Shown: positions 47,962 to 60,999, counted from the stretch's first letter. The stretch is DNA of 64,000 bases from Macrostomum lignano (GCA_002269645.1 NIVC01000056.1:806001-870000), one strand, 5' to 3'. Numbers and translations are program-made. The notes: generated from the sequence alone by a model not told the origin.

Positions 47962-48464
47962 CTACCGACAGACCATTTTTAGTATATGGACTAGCAATCT
48001 TCGCCCCCCGATGGGGGACATCTGGATAGAATCTTTGTTCTTTACAAGTAACAAATAGACAACGAAAAAACAGACATTTCCTCTAAAAAGAAAACATCCC
48101 AAGAAAGCAAGCATCCCCCAAATAGCAAGCATTCCCAAAATAGCAAGCATCCCCCAGATAGCAAGCATCCCCCAAATAGCAAGCATCCCCCATTGCAAGC
48201 ATCCCCCAGATAGCAAGCCCCCCCCCCCAAATACAACAGCAAGCACCCCCAAATACAATAGCAAGCACCCCCAAATACAATAGCAAGAAGCATCTTCCAG
48301 ATAGCAAGCATCACCCAGATAGCAACCCCTCACCCCAAGATAGCAAGTACCCCCCCCCCCCCCGAGAGCAAGCCTTTTGCCTCCCTAATATCAAGCATCC
48401 CCAGACAGCATGCAAGCATCCCCCAGATAGCAAGTCTACCGACAGACCATTTTTAGTATATGGA
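47962..48464. repeat. About 18-bp minisatellite (AGCAAGCATCCCCCARAT) bracketed by 29-bp direct repeats
   Basis: CTACCGACAGACCATTTTTAGTATATGGA occurs at 47962-47990 and 48436-48464. Confidence 0.9.
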
Positions 48465-48605
48465 TGAATGCGGCCGCGCAGGGAGTCAAACCAATAGTCC
48501 TGTCAGACCAGACCCGTTAACCGTGCTGAGCTGCTCTGCTCCTCCTACCGACGAACTATAAGCTCGTAGCAAGCTTTGAGTAGAAATATGTCTTGCAAGG
48601 GGGTT

Positions 48606-48822
48606 GGGGGTTGTAGTGGTTACAGTGTGGGACTCACGACTTGAAGGTCGGGGGTTCGATTCCCGATCCCACTGGAACAATTTGTGTCCTTGAGCAAGAC
48701 ACTTAACTCTGCATTGCTTCAGTTTACCCAGCTGTAAAATGGGTGCCAGCATTAGCTGGGGTAATTGAGGGTGTGTGGCGACCCCCCCCCCCAGTCCTTG
48801 GACTGAGCAGCCGTACGCAGCC
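48606..48822 (+). mobile_element. tRNA-derived CORE-like SINE, family B, copy 2
   Basis: GGTTCGATTCC B box, then GTGTCCTTGAGCAAGACACTTAACTCTGCATTGCTTCAGTTTACCCAGCTGTAAAATGGG. Reverse complement of 5241-5459. Confidence 0.8.
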
Positions 48823-48981
48823 TTCAGATGCGCCACGCAATAGCTGCGGCTGAGCTGTCGGTTGCACATCTGGCCGAATTGGGGCAGGTGTAATCAATTA
48901 CGAGTATAATAATTATTATTATTATGTCTTGCAAAATCTTAAACATACGCATTTGAAAAAATCATGCCCGTACAGCAAGCT

Positions 48982-49173
48982 GATGTCGGTGACGTCGGCC
49001 GAAGAGTTCTCTACGTCTATCGACGTCGCTGACGTATATGTACTTTTACATTACACCAACGTTTAGCCAACATACAACGTCGTTTTCCGTAATTATCCGT
49101 CGGTGTAATGTAAGTACACATTTTTCAGCGACGTCGATAGACGTAGGGAACGTCGGCCGACATCGCCGATGTC
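48982..49173. mobile_element. Small CpG-rich MITE-like inverted-repeat element
   Basis: TCGGCCGA...CTACGTCTATCGACGTCGCTG is mirrored by CAGCGACGTCGATAGACGTAG...TCGGCCGA. Confidence 0.65.
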
Positions 49174-49242
49174 CGATTGCTGTACATGTGCGCGGGATGC
49201 GGGGCAAAAGTTGCACCTCTGATTTCGAGCCCCTATACTGAC

Positions 49243-49483
49243 CTTTTCCGATCTCCATGCAGTCCATCTGACCGAACCCGTCGATTCGACCTCGACAAAT
49301 CTGGCCATAGTAGACGTAGCTTGACGTTGCTAAGCAACCAAGGCCGTTCGGCATGCCGTTGGACCATTCGCCGTGGTAGAAAATTTTCCCATTTGTGAAG
49401 CAGCCGAAACCGTCTTTTAGAAGGCATTGTTCGGAGCGGTCACGTGTGTAGACGAAGCCTCTAGAATCTGGCTGGCTAAGCAT
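49243..49483 (-). CDS. MORN4: MORN4/retinophilin-like protein, exon 1
   Basis: MORN repeats YHGEWSNGMPNGLG and YYGQICRGRIDGFG. Donor G|GTCAGT (phase 1) matches the exon 2 acceptor. The start codon is uncertain. Confidence 0.7.
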
Positions 49484-52400
49484 TGGCTGCAAATTGGATG
49501 CATTTGCTTCTTCATCGGAATTTCTCGGGTTTTTTCAATTCGAATTGGCACTGATGGCGCTCATCATAGTGTGGTCTTTGACAAATGTTTTGCTGCAGTA
49601 GAAAGAGAGTTATAGAAGATATTGTTTATGGAGTTATAGGATTTTAATAATGATCGATACATGAAAAAATGTCATGTTTATACTTCTGTTACAATTACTA
49701 TCACCCGCTTTTTGTGTTGCGAGATATTGTAAATTAGGGCTCGATATTAAGAATTCTTCATATGGTCGGCCGTCTGTACTCAAACCTTGGCTACGCCAAT
49801 TTGTGGGAAAGCCTGTAAAAATTCAATTAAACAATTAAACATGTTCTCTAGTAAAAGGGAATATCAAACGGACTAATTGCTTTGCTGGAATAGATAAATA
49901 TTCCTGTGCTTAAGTTTATCAATATCATATATATCCTAACACCCAATTGTTATTTTTGATCGTTTAAACATGATCAGGTATAAGTCTCTTTGTTTTTGAT
50001 TGATTTAGAGTTGATTTTAAAGAATATTTGCGTTTAGAGTTTTTCTGTGAATCGATAAACAAAACATATGATCGAGAGATGCAAACTTAATTGGCATGGT
50101 CACAAAATATTTTAGCTACTGACAATTATTCCCCTCTATCGGCATTCATAATTGGTACATGTACCACACATAGCTTAAATAACTAAGTAGTCTGAGCGGC
50201 AAAACGTCTGGCTCTCCAATTCTAAAGCTCATAGACATTAGTTCTGTTCAGTCTGTTCTGTTCTATTGGCGAGGGAAATTTCGCTTGGTCTCCCTTCCTC
50301 CAAAAGCTATTTTTCAGCGTCTCCAACAGAAGAGATTATAGCATCCCGTTCTTGGTTCGATTCCTCACGTCGCACGTGGTAACATCAATGTGAGGTTGAA
50401 GGCTTGAGGACCAAAACCTTGAAGAACAGTTTATAGTCGTTATTATTGCTCAGCTTGGAGGTTCTATTTTGATGCAGAGCTTCATCTACAGAAGAAAAAT
50501 ACAGAAAGAATCGCTGAATCTGAACTAAGCCTACTATAAGAACTATTTTAATTTGCTACTAAGAAGGAAATAAATTCTGATATTTTGGCGAAATTGTTTT
50601 AAACCTTTGTAATTCAGTAATTGGTCTGATGTGTGTTTAACGTGTGGCGTCTGCTTGTTATGACACAAATACCTAAAACAAGCGATATACTCGTACCAAG
50701 GGAGATTACCATGTAGTAATTGACAGCATTTGCGTTTCTCTAATTGTACAAGTAATTAAATGATCTAGTAATGTATAGGATTTGGATGGTGCCCACACTT
50801 TATAATTGCAATTAAAAATAAACCCTTGGTCTTGCTTTGAAAAGCTGATAAATTTGAGTCACAAGAAACATATAATAAAATAATTAACAAGCAAAGTCAA
50901 TCATTTGTAGTTAATTTTGAAATATATTGCTTGGACAATTTTGCTTTCATATTTTAATATATCTTTAGGAGATAGTAACAGTGTTTTAATGATAGACATT
51001 TGAAATTTTTTAAACGCCACTCGGCCGGTCCTAGACTTTTATTATTGCATGAACGAACGCCTTGAATGATGTCTTGTTTAACGGAAAATTTTTTCATCAG
51101 GACTAGGCCTAGGCCTACGCCTACTCAATTTTCTTCAGTTATTTTCAGAGCTGCGCGTTTCTAGAACCAGAATCATATGAGATAAATAGATTTACTCCCT
51201 ATTCTAAGCCTAGGCCTATGGCATATGCTGTATTTTCAGATGAAATATTCAATTGCATTTCTAAAAATAGCATCCATTCATCAAAGAGCAAAGACCAAAA
51301 TAAATAAAGTAGGCCTGCCAAAAGTAGGCTAATGATGTCAATTTTATTAAGGCCTTTGAATCCAGGTCTAGGCCTAATGAATGCTCCAAAGAATGCTAAT
51401 AATATTAGAGGGACCATGTAGGCCCCTTGGCTTAAGTTTTACAAATTAAAAAAATTAAATTAGGCCTAATAGGCATTTGCCTTATAATAAAACATCAATA
51501 ACATATACATAACTAGCTATGCATAACTATATAGCCCTTTATGGCTTTAAAGAAACATTTCTTGCAATAGCAAGTACTTAGTTAGCCTAAATAGTAGATT
51601 TATCTCTACGCACGAAGGAACCTAGTGATAGATTCATTGATTTATGGGCAAAGCATTCTTCTAGTTTTAGCCATAGACATAGATAGATAACGCGACTGTG
51701 CAGTAAATCCCAAGCCATGCAGTAAATTCCATTTAAGCATGCTTGGCCATATGTCAATTGCCTAGGCTAGGCCTATATGACATAAACACCACTCGGTTCT
51801 AAATATAGAATATAGGCCTAGCCTAGGCTATTTAGGCTAACCAAGTACTTGCTATTGCAAGAAATGTTTCTTTATAGCTATAAAGGGCTATATAATTATG
51901 CATTTTCACTTTCAAAGTTGGGCTTAGTAGGTCTATACTACTATACCCCACTCCACAGTCAGGAAAGTAGTAGATTTCATGCAAAATTGCCGCACACGGC
52001 GCACACTCAAATGAATTTTCTGGCACACATGGTGCACACATGGCATATGGTACACCATATTTAGTGTAGAGTCAATAGTAAAATCTTCTTAGTTCACATT
52101 TAAAATAAGACATGTAAAGGGTGCTTGCATGCTTGTATGCTTGCATACTTACATGCTTGGCACACAGCACATAGTTAAAAATTTGACTGGAGATTTGTTA
52201 CGGTGCACATGGCTTGCTCACCTTCCTAACAATGGAGTATACCTAAATAAAAAACTTAAATAGGCCCTACCTAAATAAAAAATTTGCTATTATTATAATT
52301 AGAATACCTAGCATCCTAGGTCTAGGCCTGCAGTACAATATAAAAGAACTTAAAAAAACAAAATAAATACATTTTTATATGTTTTCTTTTTATAAATATC

Positions 52401-53013
52401 AAATTTAAGTTGTTTGCCAACCCAACCTATCTCCCCCTATGTTATAAATCAATAATAAAAATTATATAAATATCAAATTGGTAAAAGTAAATTAAAAGCT
52501 TTCAAGATCAAATTCACATAAAAATCATATAAGTATATATTTTAAATTGTATAATTAGTTATTTTGATTGAAAGACATTTAATTTAAAATCATTATATCA
52601 ATGAAATGTTTATTATTCTATATCTTTGCCTTTATTATCTTTAAGTATTTTTTAATTGATTACTATGCTTTAATCTCAAAATAGTTTTTTTAAAATGATA
52701 TATAGCTTTTAAAAATTAAAAATTAAATAAAATTGCACCCTAAATTTTAAAATAACCAAACCCTGAACTTGAAAATTGGGTATAGCTTAGGTTAGGTGCA
52801 ATCTATTTTATATATACCCTAGCCTATTTTTCTTTTGAAGCCTTATTTGCACTTTCTTTGAATAAAAAAAGAGAAATTGCACTCTGAGCCTTAAAATTAC
52901 ACCTTGAAAGTGAGCATAGGGTTCAATTTTGCACTTTATCTCTGGCAAAAAACCCTGGAGCCTATATACAATACTTATATAGAAATTATATAGAATTAAA
53001 TTTATATTTTAAT

Positions 53014-54697
53014 CAGTGTTGGGCATCAATAATGACATACATATGCAACTTCCAAAATTCAGGCAGCTGCGTGACTTAGTTTTAACAAAAAATGCGACAT
53101 AGTTTTTGGCCAAAAATGCGACTTACCTATGAAAGAAACCCTAAAACAATTTGCCAACAGATCTGCCAACAGTTGCGCATGTATAGTTAATGAAAATCTT
53201 GACTTCCATTAATGGCAAATGTGTTAGCATTAAAAAAAATCTTAATTTATTGTCTTATCTTTGTTAAGTTAACTGAAAGTTAACTGATAATTATCAATAA
53301 GTGTTAATCCATTAAAGTTAGGCCTAACATAGGAAATACAGAAATCTTGCACTTTTTTCCAAAGCAGACTTCATAATGTATTTATTGTCTTTGCTTTTAT
53401 ACCTTTTTAACAAAATATAGAGGTCATCTAAAAGATGACCTCTATATTTTCCAAGATGTCAGCAGTTCATCTACCTCAGCGGTCTGGTTCCCAATGTTCG
53501 CGAGGATCTGTGGCGTCGCCAAGGACTTGCCTGGGCTGCCTTTCGTTCTATAAGGTCAGTCCTGCAGTCCGAGGCCCTACCGGACCGCCAGAGGGTGGCG
53601 CTGTTCCAGGCGGTGATCGAAACTGTCCTGTTATACAACGCCGAGACCTGGACGCTGACAGACTCGCTCGAGGCTCAAGTCGACGCGGTGCACGCTGGCC
53701 TGCTGCGCGCCGCCTTCAAGATCGGCAACAAGCGAGTCACCAACACGGCGCTCTATCATCGCACCGGCCTGGCCCGTCCTAGCGATCTGCTGCGCCGTCA
53801 GCGACTCCAGCTGGCAGGCCACGTCATCTGTGCCGAGGCCTACTGTCCAGAGCCGGTGCAGGAGGTGCTGCTACTTACGTTGCAGGCACCCTACCGGCGG
53901 GGACAAGCGAGGACACGGCGCTACGTCGACTGTCTGCTGGCTGACGCCGGCGCCCCGGACTCTGCCGGCGGTGCGGCCTTTGTTCGCGCCCAAGCTTCGA
54001 AGCGCGCCATCTGATGCTGCTTTTTCGATCCGGCAGCGTACTCTGTTGTTGTTGTTGTTGTAAAAGATTTACAAGCTAAAAAAAGTAATAAATAATAATT
54101 TTTAAAACTTGTATATAATAAAACTAAGCATATGGTTGAAGAAGTAACTTGTTTATATATTTGAAACTTGAAAGCTAATTAGTTTATAATAAAATACAAA
54201 TAAGAAAGTTGTTTCAGTAGCATTAGCAGATGCAGCAGAATGTTACAAAAGATTGGGAAAGAAGTAAATCTAAGTGATTAATGCTCATGTGCAACAATAA
54301 AGTTTACAATTTTAATTTATTATTAAAGTTCATTAGTAAGAAGTTGTCACATTTGCATGATCATTGTTATAAACAAAGAGATTAATCAGGCATTTAGGTA
54401 GATTCAAATTAAAGTACAAATTAAATTCAAATGTAATTACAAAATTACATTTGTAATGTTGTAACTTTTTGTCAGACTTATGTTTTTGTTCTTTCTTTGC
54501 ATCTTTGGTCATTGACATTGCCATTAACATTAACCATGAATTTGTCATTAACTCATATAATTGCAAATTTGTTAATCTGTTAGTTCAAAAATATCTTAAT
54601 AGCAGTCTGCTAATGTTATGAAAAATCTTAGTGCTTAGTCGATTATTAATGTTTATTAATAGATTAATGCTTATTAATGGACTAGTGCCCAGCATTG
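53014..54697. mobile_element. hAT-type MITE, copy 2 (inverted relative to 10243-11123), carrying an RTE insertion
   Basis: Termini CAGTGTTGGGCA and TGCCCAGCATTG. The interior is reverse-complementary to 10250-11120. Flanks ATTTTAAT / ATTTTTCT (6/8). Confidence 0.75.
53437..54060 (+). mobile_element. 5'-truncated RTE LINE with a (GTT)n tail
   Basis: ALFQAVIETVLLYNAETWTLT...LRRQRLQLAGHV, then a (GTT)n tail. TSD TAAAAGAT at 53429-53436 and 54061-54068. Confidence 0.9.
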
Positions 54698-55292
54698 ATT
54701 TTTCTCTTCTATTTTTCTTTGCTACATTTATATCATTTCTTCATTTCTGTTTTATAGGCCATTTTATAACTTGCTTTAGCCAATGATCTTTTTTAGTTAG
54801 ATTGACTAGGCTAGCTAAGCATTTCATATTTATGAATGAATTACCTTGGATAACACTTGGTTGACTTAGATAATCTAGATAGATAAAATATTACCAAGAC
54901 AAGTATATTGCAAAACTGATCAACCAAGCATAAAAATATAAATGAAACAAAAAATATAAAAAGTAAAAAAAAAAATAAAAAATTGACAAAGTAGACAAAA
55001 AGGATAGAACTTGTATTAGTGATTGAAAAGCATATAAATTAATTAAAAGGAACAATAACTAGTTGAAGCAAAAAAGAGAAAATATTTTAGAGTTGCAAAT
55101 ATATTATAAAATGTCCTCTAAATATAGGTATGCCACACATAGAAAACTATGTTGCATCATCAATGTGAAATTCAAAAAGTCACATGTGTATCATATTGAA
55201 TTTTGTAGAGTTAGATTTATTGTTCTTAAACTAGAATTACCTAAAGCCTAAAGTGTTTATAAAAATAAATAAGTTAAAAGAATGATAGTTAA

Positions 55293-55712
55293 AAAGGGGG
55301 TCATTTCACAAATCCTAATTTTTACAAAGTCAAAATTAGAACTTTTAATAAAACTTACAATTCATAAACCCAAATTTTTATTATGTCAAAAATGAGCAAT
55401 GCAATATATTTCATAACTAAATTTTATAATCCCTTAAAAGCATGCACAGAATTTCATAAGCTCTAAATTTCACAAATATCATAATATCATCTCTAAATAT
55501 CATGATGTCAAAAATGAAATTTGCTTCTAATTTCATGATTCCTAAATTTCATAAGCCATAAATTTGACAATGCCTAAAAGCACCATAAGTATACAATCTT
55601 TTAGAAGCCCCAAATCATATCGCCACATTGCATTTTGGCATTTTGAAATTTAGAGCTTATGAAATTTTGTGTCTTGCAACATGAAATTTAAGGTTTGTGA
55701 AAGTAACCCTTT
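55293..55712. mobile_element. Decayed MITE-like element
   Basis: Imperfect inverted ends GGGTCATTTCACAAATCCTAA / TTAAGGTTTGTGAAAGTAACCC and internal TTTCATAAG repeats. Confidence 0.5.
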
Positions 55713-56199
55713 GAGAATAACCAGACTATATTTAGCTTTAGCTTGCTAAGAATATTAAATAAATAATGTTTTATCTTTGTATTAAAAATCGATGTCTAGG
55801 GATAGTTGCAAATAAAATAGTTAAGTGCTAAGGGCATTTTTAGCTATTTAAAATACTTCTTATATGTTGTTACTAGAAGTAGCCAGTATGATTTTTGTGG
55901 CAAATATAAAACTGGATCTTCTAGCAGAAATCTGATTGGTTGAAATGATGCCATTGCCTGTTCACATAGAGTGATACCATCAACCAACCCTAGATATGAA
56001 TTTTGTTAATATGAACTACTTTAGTATAAAAGCATCAGATAGTTAAGCAATATAGTTCGCATCCATTGGGCATATACACTGCATTTAAACTGTTTTATCT
56101 GCAGAAATGGATTATTTTGCTGTACTCTCGTAAGTTGTCTTTATTCATCATTTTTTTGCTACTTTCACTCCATTTTTGTTGTCCTCACAATAACTTTCC

Positions 56200-56730
56200 A
56201 GTCCTCACATTTGCTGTAGCCCTTCAGAATCCTCAGTTTGTGCCACAACCACCTGCCTTCCCAGATCCTCAGTTTCTGTGCCACAGCCACCTGCCTTCCC
56301 AGATCCTCAGTTTCTGCGCCACAGACACCACCTGCCTTCCCAGATCCTCAGTTTCTGTGCCACAGCCACCTACCTTCCCAGATCCTCAGTTTCTGTGCCA
56401 CAGACACCGCCTGCTTTCCCATATCCTCAGTTGCTGGGATACCCTCCCAGATCTTGTTGCTGTGCCACCTCTAGCCTTTAGATGCTCAGTTTCAGAGCCA
56501 CTTTGCTCGGTTGTCTCATCGTTTGTTTCCTCGGTTGTTAGGCCAGCCTCCCAAATCCTCAGTTGCTAGGCCAGCGTCCCAGATCCTCAATGTCTGGGCC
56601 AGTATCCCAGATCCTCAGTTGCTGTTCCAGCCTCCCAGATCCTCAGTTGCTGTTCCAGGCTCCCAGATCCTCAGTTGCTGGGCCAGCCTCCCAGATCCTC
56701 AGTTGCTGTGCCAGCCTCCCCAGATGCCCA
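56200..56730. repeat. Minisatellite with core CCCAGATCCTCAGTT, upstream of Shal
   Basis: Tandem degenerate units are visible. Confidence 0.9.
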
Positions 56731-57008
56731 GTTGCAGGTCTTTACGAATCATATATGTCTTTATTACTGGCGCAAGTCGGTATGCCTGCCCAGTTCTTAA
56801 TAAAAGGTTCAATAAAAGGTTGCAGAAAAACACACTGCTTTCGTTTCGTTTGCTTTTGAATGATTTGTTAATCACGTTTGCAGTTGTATGGGCCTGCTCC
56901 TTGCTTTATACAATACTTATAAATGAATTCTAAAAATGTGCCTTTTGTTTTAAAACAATTTCAGTCAACGCAATTTGAACTAAAAGCAGAGGCTTATCGC
57001 CCGTTACC

Positions 57009-57133
57009 ATGGCAGCGGTTGCCGCTTGGCTGCCGTTTGCTCGGGCCGCCGCCATTGGCTGGGTGCCAGTGGCTCAGCACCCCATGCCGAGGCCGCCGCC
57101 GCCAAGTGTGCAGCATTCCCCGGGGGAGCACAG
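57009..57133 (+). CDS. KCND: Shal/Kv4 channel exon 1
   Basis: [22 protein letters not shown] is the Kv4 N-terminal signature. Donor GTTAGT. Confidence 0.95.
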
Positions 57134-57269
57134 GTTAGTTAGCACTAATTTTATTAGTGATTGAGTTCAAAGGTTCTCTTACGTTTTCTAGGAACTAATC
57201 AGCTGGCGAGGCTGTACTGCCATTTTTACTCCCGCATTTTACCCAAAACATTTTGTTATTTTTTTGCAG

Positions 57270-57479
57270 ATCGGACGAAAAGTTATCCATCATAGTGTCC
57301 GGTCGGTTATTTGTCACCTGGCGTAATACGCTAGAAAAATTTCCTAACACCCTGCTGGGTAGCGACGAGAAAGAGTACTTTCTAGACGAATCGACTGGTC
57401 AGTACTTTTTCGATCGCGATCCTGACATGTTCCGGCATATTTTGACCTATTATCGAACTGGAAAACTGCACTTTCCCAG
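57270..57479 (+). CDS. KCND: Shal/Kv4 exon 2 (T1 domain)
   Basis: [28 protein letters not shown]...[25 protein letters not shown]. Phase-2 junctions are consistent. Confidence 0.95.
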
Positions 57480-57625
57480 GTGAGTTGACGCTTCAAGGTT
57501 ACATTCATTTAGGTATTGTGTGCGCACTGATGCCTGGCAAAACAGCGAGGGCCATGGTCACCGCCCTGATGTCCGCTACGATTGAGTCCAAGCCGGGCCC
57601 TGCGGAGGGCGGGGGAAGAAAGACA

Positions 57626-58712
57626 GGCAATTGTCAAGTTCCGTTCGTAAAATTATTTTGACTCTAGAAAAGTACTGTGCGAACTATTTCAAGTACAAAT
57701 AGCTATTTTTAAGATACCTAAGCTTAATCAGGCACTAATTTTATGCTTCAAAACTTGTCATAATGTACCTGACACCGAAAAGCTGCAATAGTCTATGGCC
57801 AAAACGTTAACAAGTGAACGAGTCTTAACAGAAACAAATAAAACGTATTTTTGTCTATGGTCAAACTGCCAACGAACAGCAAAAGCTTTACACGCTATTG
57901 TAGTGGGAAATCCATAATAGGATTTGTATAAGATATTCTATGGCTTTGAGGCTGGTATGTGATTAAGTGAAATACCGACCTCAAACCCATAGAATATCTT
58001 ATTTAAACTACTTTAATTTTGCGGGATGTATTCAGAAAAATCCCGGAGCCATACTTGTATGTCTATGGTTGAAGTTAGGGATGGGGGTGTGGGGGCCAAG
58101 CCCCTGCTGGGGGTGTGGGGGCGAAGCCCCCACATTCTTACCATTGACAAAATTTCATTAAGAAATTTCTCGAGTCACGAAGGAAGAGAAGAGAAAAGCT
58201 CGCTTATTTAGATACATACAATAGTCATTGCAATATGTCCGGGAAAGTGATCGATTAAATCCCGCAAAATAAAATCTATGTCAATAGCCTCCCTGAAAGT
58301 GAGCTTTAAAGTGGTTTAATCCCAAATGGCTTCACTGGGTTTAGTTGACGCCACAATTCCTCTAAGTATGTTTCTAACAGGGTTTGTGAAGTCCCATGCA
58401 TGGCGCGCAGCATAGCCTTGCTAAATTTAGGACTTTACTTTAGTTATTTGTTATTTGTCAACTTGTTAAAGATCATTGATGTTTAGACTTGACCATAGAC
58501 CTTTTTTCAAGTCGAAAAATGTTCAAACGTTCTGGCCATAGACTATTGCAGCTTTCCGGTGTCAGATACATTTTAACAAGTTTTGAAGCATAGAATTAGT
58601 GCTTAATCAGGCTTAAGTCTCTTAAAAATATTTATTTGTACTTAAAATAGTTTGTAGATTACTTTTCTGGGGTCAAAATTATTTAACGATCGAACAAAAC
58701 TTGACAATTGCC
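57626..58712. mobile_element. Long-TIR (MULE-like) non-autonomous element in Shal intron 2
   Basis: Termini GGCAATTGTCAAGTT / AACTTGACAATTGCC. Imperfect inverted arms extend about 230 bp. No clear TSD. Confidence 0.7.
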
Positions 58713-58850
58713 GAAATAAACAGCGTGCGGAAAGCCCACCGGGGGACCGCAGCCATCCTACGAAAAATGTTTATGGGGCCAACCTCTAAGGCACAGTGTA
58801 TACTGGTAATCAGCCTGCGATGCAACAGTGCACCGACTTCCTTGTCTCAG

Positions 58851-59292
58851 ATCGGAGTGCATCGCAGACTACGAAGAGGAACTGGCCTTTTTCGGCATCG
58901 CGCCAGACGTTATGGGCGACTGCTGTTTCGAAGATTATCGCGATAGGAAGCGCGAGAACGCCGAACGATTATTCGAAGACAAAGATTCTGAAGCGGAGAA
59001 ATGCATGCCGCATAGTAATGTTCGAGAGAAATTATGGCGCGGGTTTGAGAACCCGCAATCGTCCACTGCTGCTCTGGTGTTTTATTACGTCACCGGCTTC
59101 TTTATTGCCGTATCAGTATTGGCTAATGTTATCGAAACTATACCGTGCGGCATTGTGCCCGGCACTAATCTTAATCCGGCTTGCGGTGATAAGTTCTCCA
59201 ATGCATTCTTCTGTCTAGACACGGCCTGTGTGCTCATATTTACTATGGAGTATCTGGCTAGACTGTACGCTGCACCGGACAGACTTAAACAT
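58851..59292 (+). CDS. KCND: Shal/Kv4 exon 3 (end of T1, S1-S2)
   Basis: [68 protein letters not shown]. Confidence 0.95.
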
Positions 59293-59363
59293 GTTAGTAT
59301 ATAGAGCTAATAATTAACCATGGATTAGTACTATTTTTTCATTGATTCTTAGTCACTTCTAAT

Positions 59364-59921
59364 CACTAGATGGGCCACTCAGGCATATATACTTAGAATA
59401 AATGTTAGTCAAAGTGTAACTGAGATCCCAAATCCCCTCCAATGTGTGATTGAGATCCCAAATCCCCTCCAATGTGTGATTGAGGTCCCTAATCCCCATC
59501 AAGGTGTGACTGAGATCCCAAATCCCCTTCAAGGTGTAACTGAGATCCCAAATCCCCTCTAATGTGTGATTGAGATCCCAAATCCCCTTCAAGGTGTGAC
59601 TGAGATCCCAAATCCCCTCCAATGTGTGACTGAGATCCCAAATCCCTCCAAGGTGTGACTGAGATCCCAAATCCCCTTCAAGGTGTAACTGAGATCCTAA
59701 ATCCCCTCCAATGTGTGATTGTGATCCCAAATCCCCTTCAAGGTGTGACTGAGATCCCAAATCCCCTCCAAGGTGTGACTAAGATCCCAAATCCCCTCCA
59801 AGGTGTGACTAAGATCCCAAATCCCCATCAAGGTGTAACTGAGATCCCAAATCCTCTTGAATGTGTGACTGAGATCCCAAATCCCCTCCACTAGATGGGC
59901 CACTCAGGCATATATACTTAG
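59364..59921. repeat. 30-bp minisatellite (TGAGATCCCAAATCCCCTCCAAGGTGTGAC) bracketed by 33-bp direct repeats, Shal intron 3
   Basis: CACTAGATGGGCCACTCAGGCATATATACTTAG occurs at 59364-59396 and 59889-59921. Confidence 0.9.
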
Positions 59922-60999
59922 TAAAACAGCTTTTTACTTTCAGTTCAGTAGCAAAGAAGAACACATAAGCTATTTTATTGAACACATAAGCTTGATCGGC
60001 GAAACTAGAGAAATCAGCATCAGGGTGTCCATAGTCACCTGGTGTAATTTGTTGAAGGTGCCGACGGCGTCAGGATGATGACGGAATGCTTGAGAGACTA
60101 GCTAAGAATGTCTGACGGTTGATTCTTGCCCACTGTCGAGGCTTGATCGGCGAAACTAGAGAAATCCGCATCAGGGTGTCCATAGTCACCTGGTGCCACA
60201 GCTGTTGAGGGTCCAGAAGCTCCACCTGGGTAAAGGCTAGTGACCAACGAAGTCAGAACTGATGCAGACACATGTGGTCGACGTGCTGATGAAATTTGGA
60301 GACTTGGCAAGGCTGCACTGAGGCGCAGTGCTGATTGGCGCACAGGGGTGTACTGAATACACTAGCGCTTATGGGAAAAATCCGACCTTCTGGCAGAATC
60401 GTCGAATATCTCGACGGTCCGGAGGGCTGGCGACTTGATTCTTGTTTGAGAAGGTGCGCAACAATAAGTTAGCCCGTGTTCTTGAATTTCGTGTGCCTGC
60501 GTTGCTCCGTTCCGGCGTAGCAAAAAAAATTGTCAGGGGGGGGGAATTCCCCCCCCCCTTGGTAGTTCTACTGATAATGTACATTAGCCAGTCCACTGAA
60601 ATGTACATTGCAGCTTTGGGCTGAAATTCCGTGAAAGGCAAAAAATGGGTGGCGGGGCGGGGGTAAAGCTTCTGTGTGGAGTTGGAGGGGCTTAGGCTAG
60701 GGGAATAAGAGCCAATAATGAGCCTGGTCTTTAGAATACATTAAAATGCTTCAGTTCAACTTACTACTGAACTGAAAGTAGATTACACGCAAATATCTGT
60801 GCTCCTAATTCCAGTGGATGCAGCTCTTCTAGTTCACTCTGCTTCCAGTTGATAGAGTTCTTTCTATTGTAGTTCACTTCACACCTAGTGGGTAAAGTTT
60901 GTTCGAGGTGACTCCCAACCCAGTAGCCTAAGTTTAATCCTTATTTTTACTAGAGGTTACTCATGTCTATTGGTTAAATTTCATTTTTAGTGACTCCAC

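Noticed and set aside
60536-60558. G9-AATT-C10 palindrome
   Set aside because: It is homopolymer-based and low in information content.
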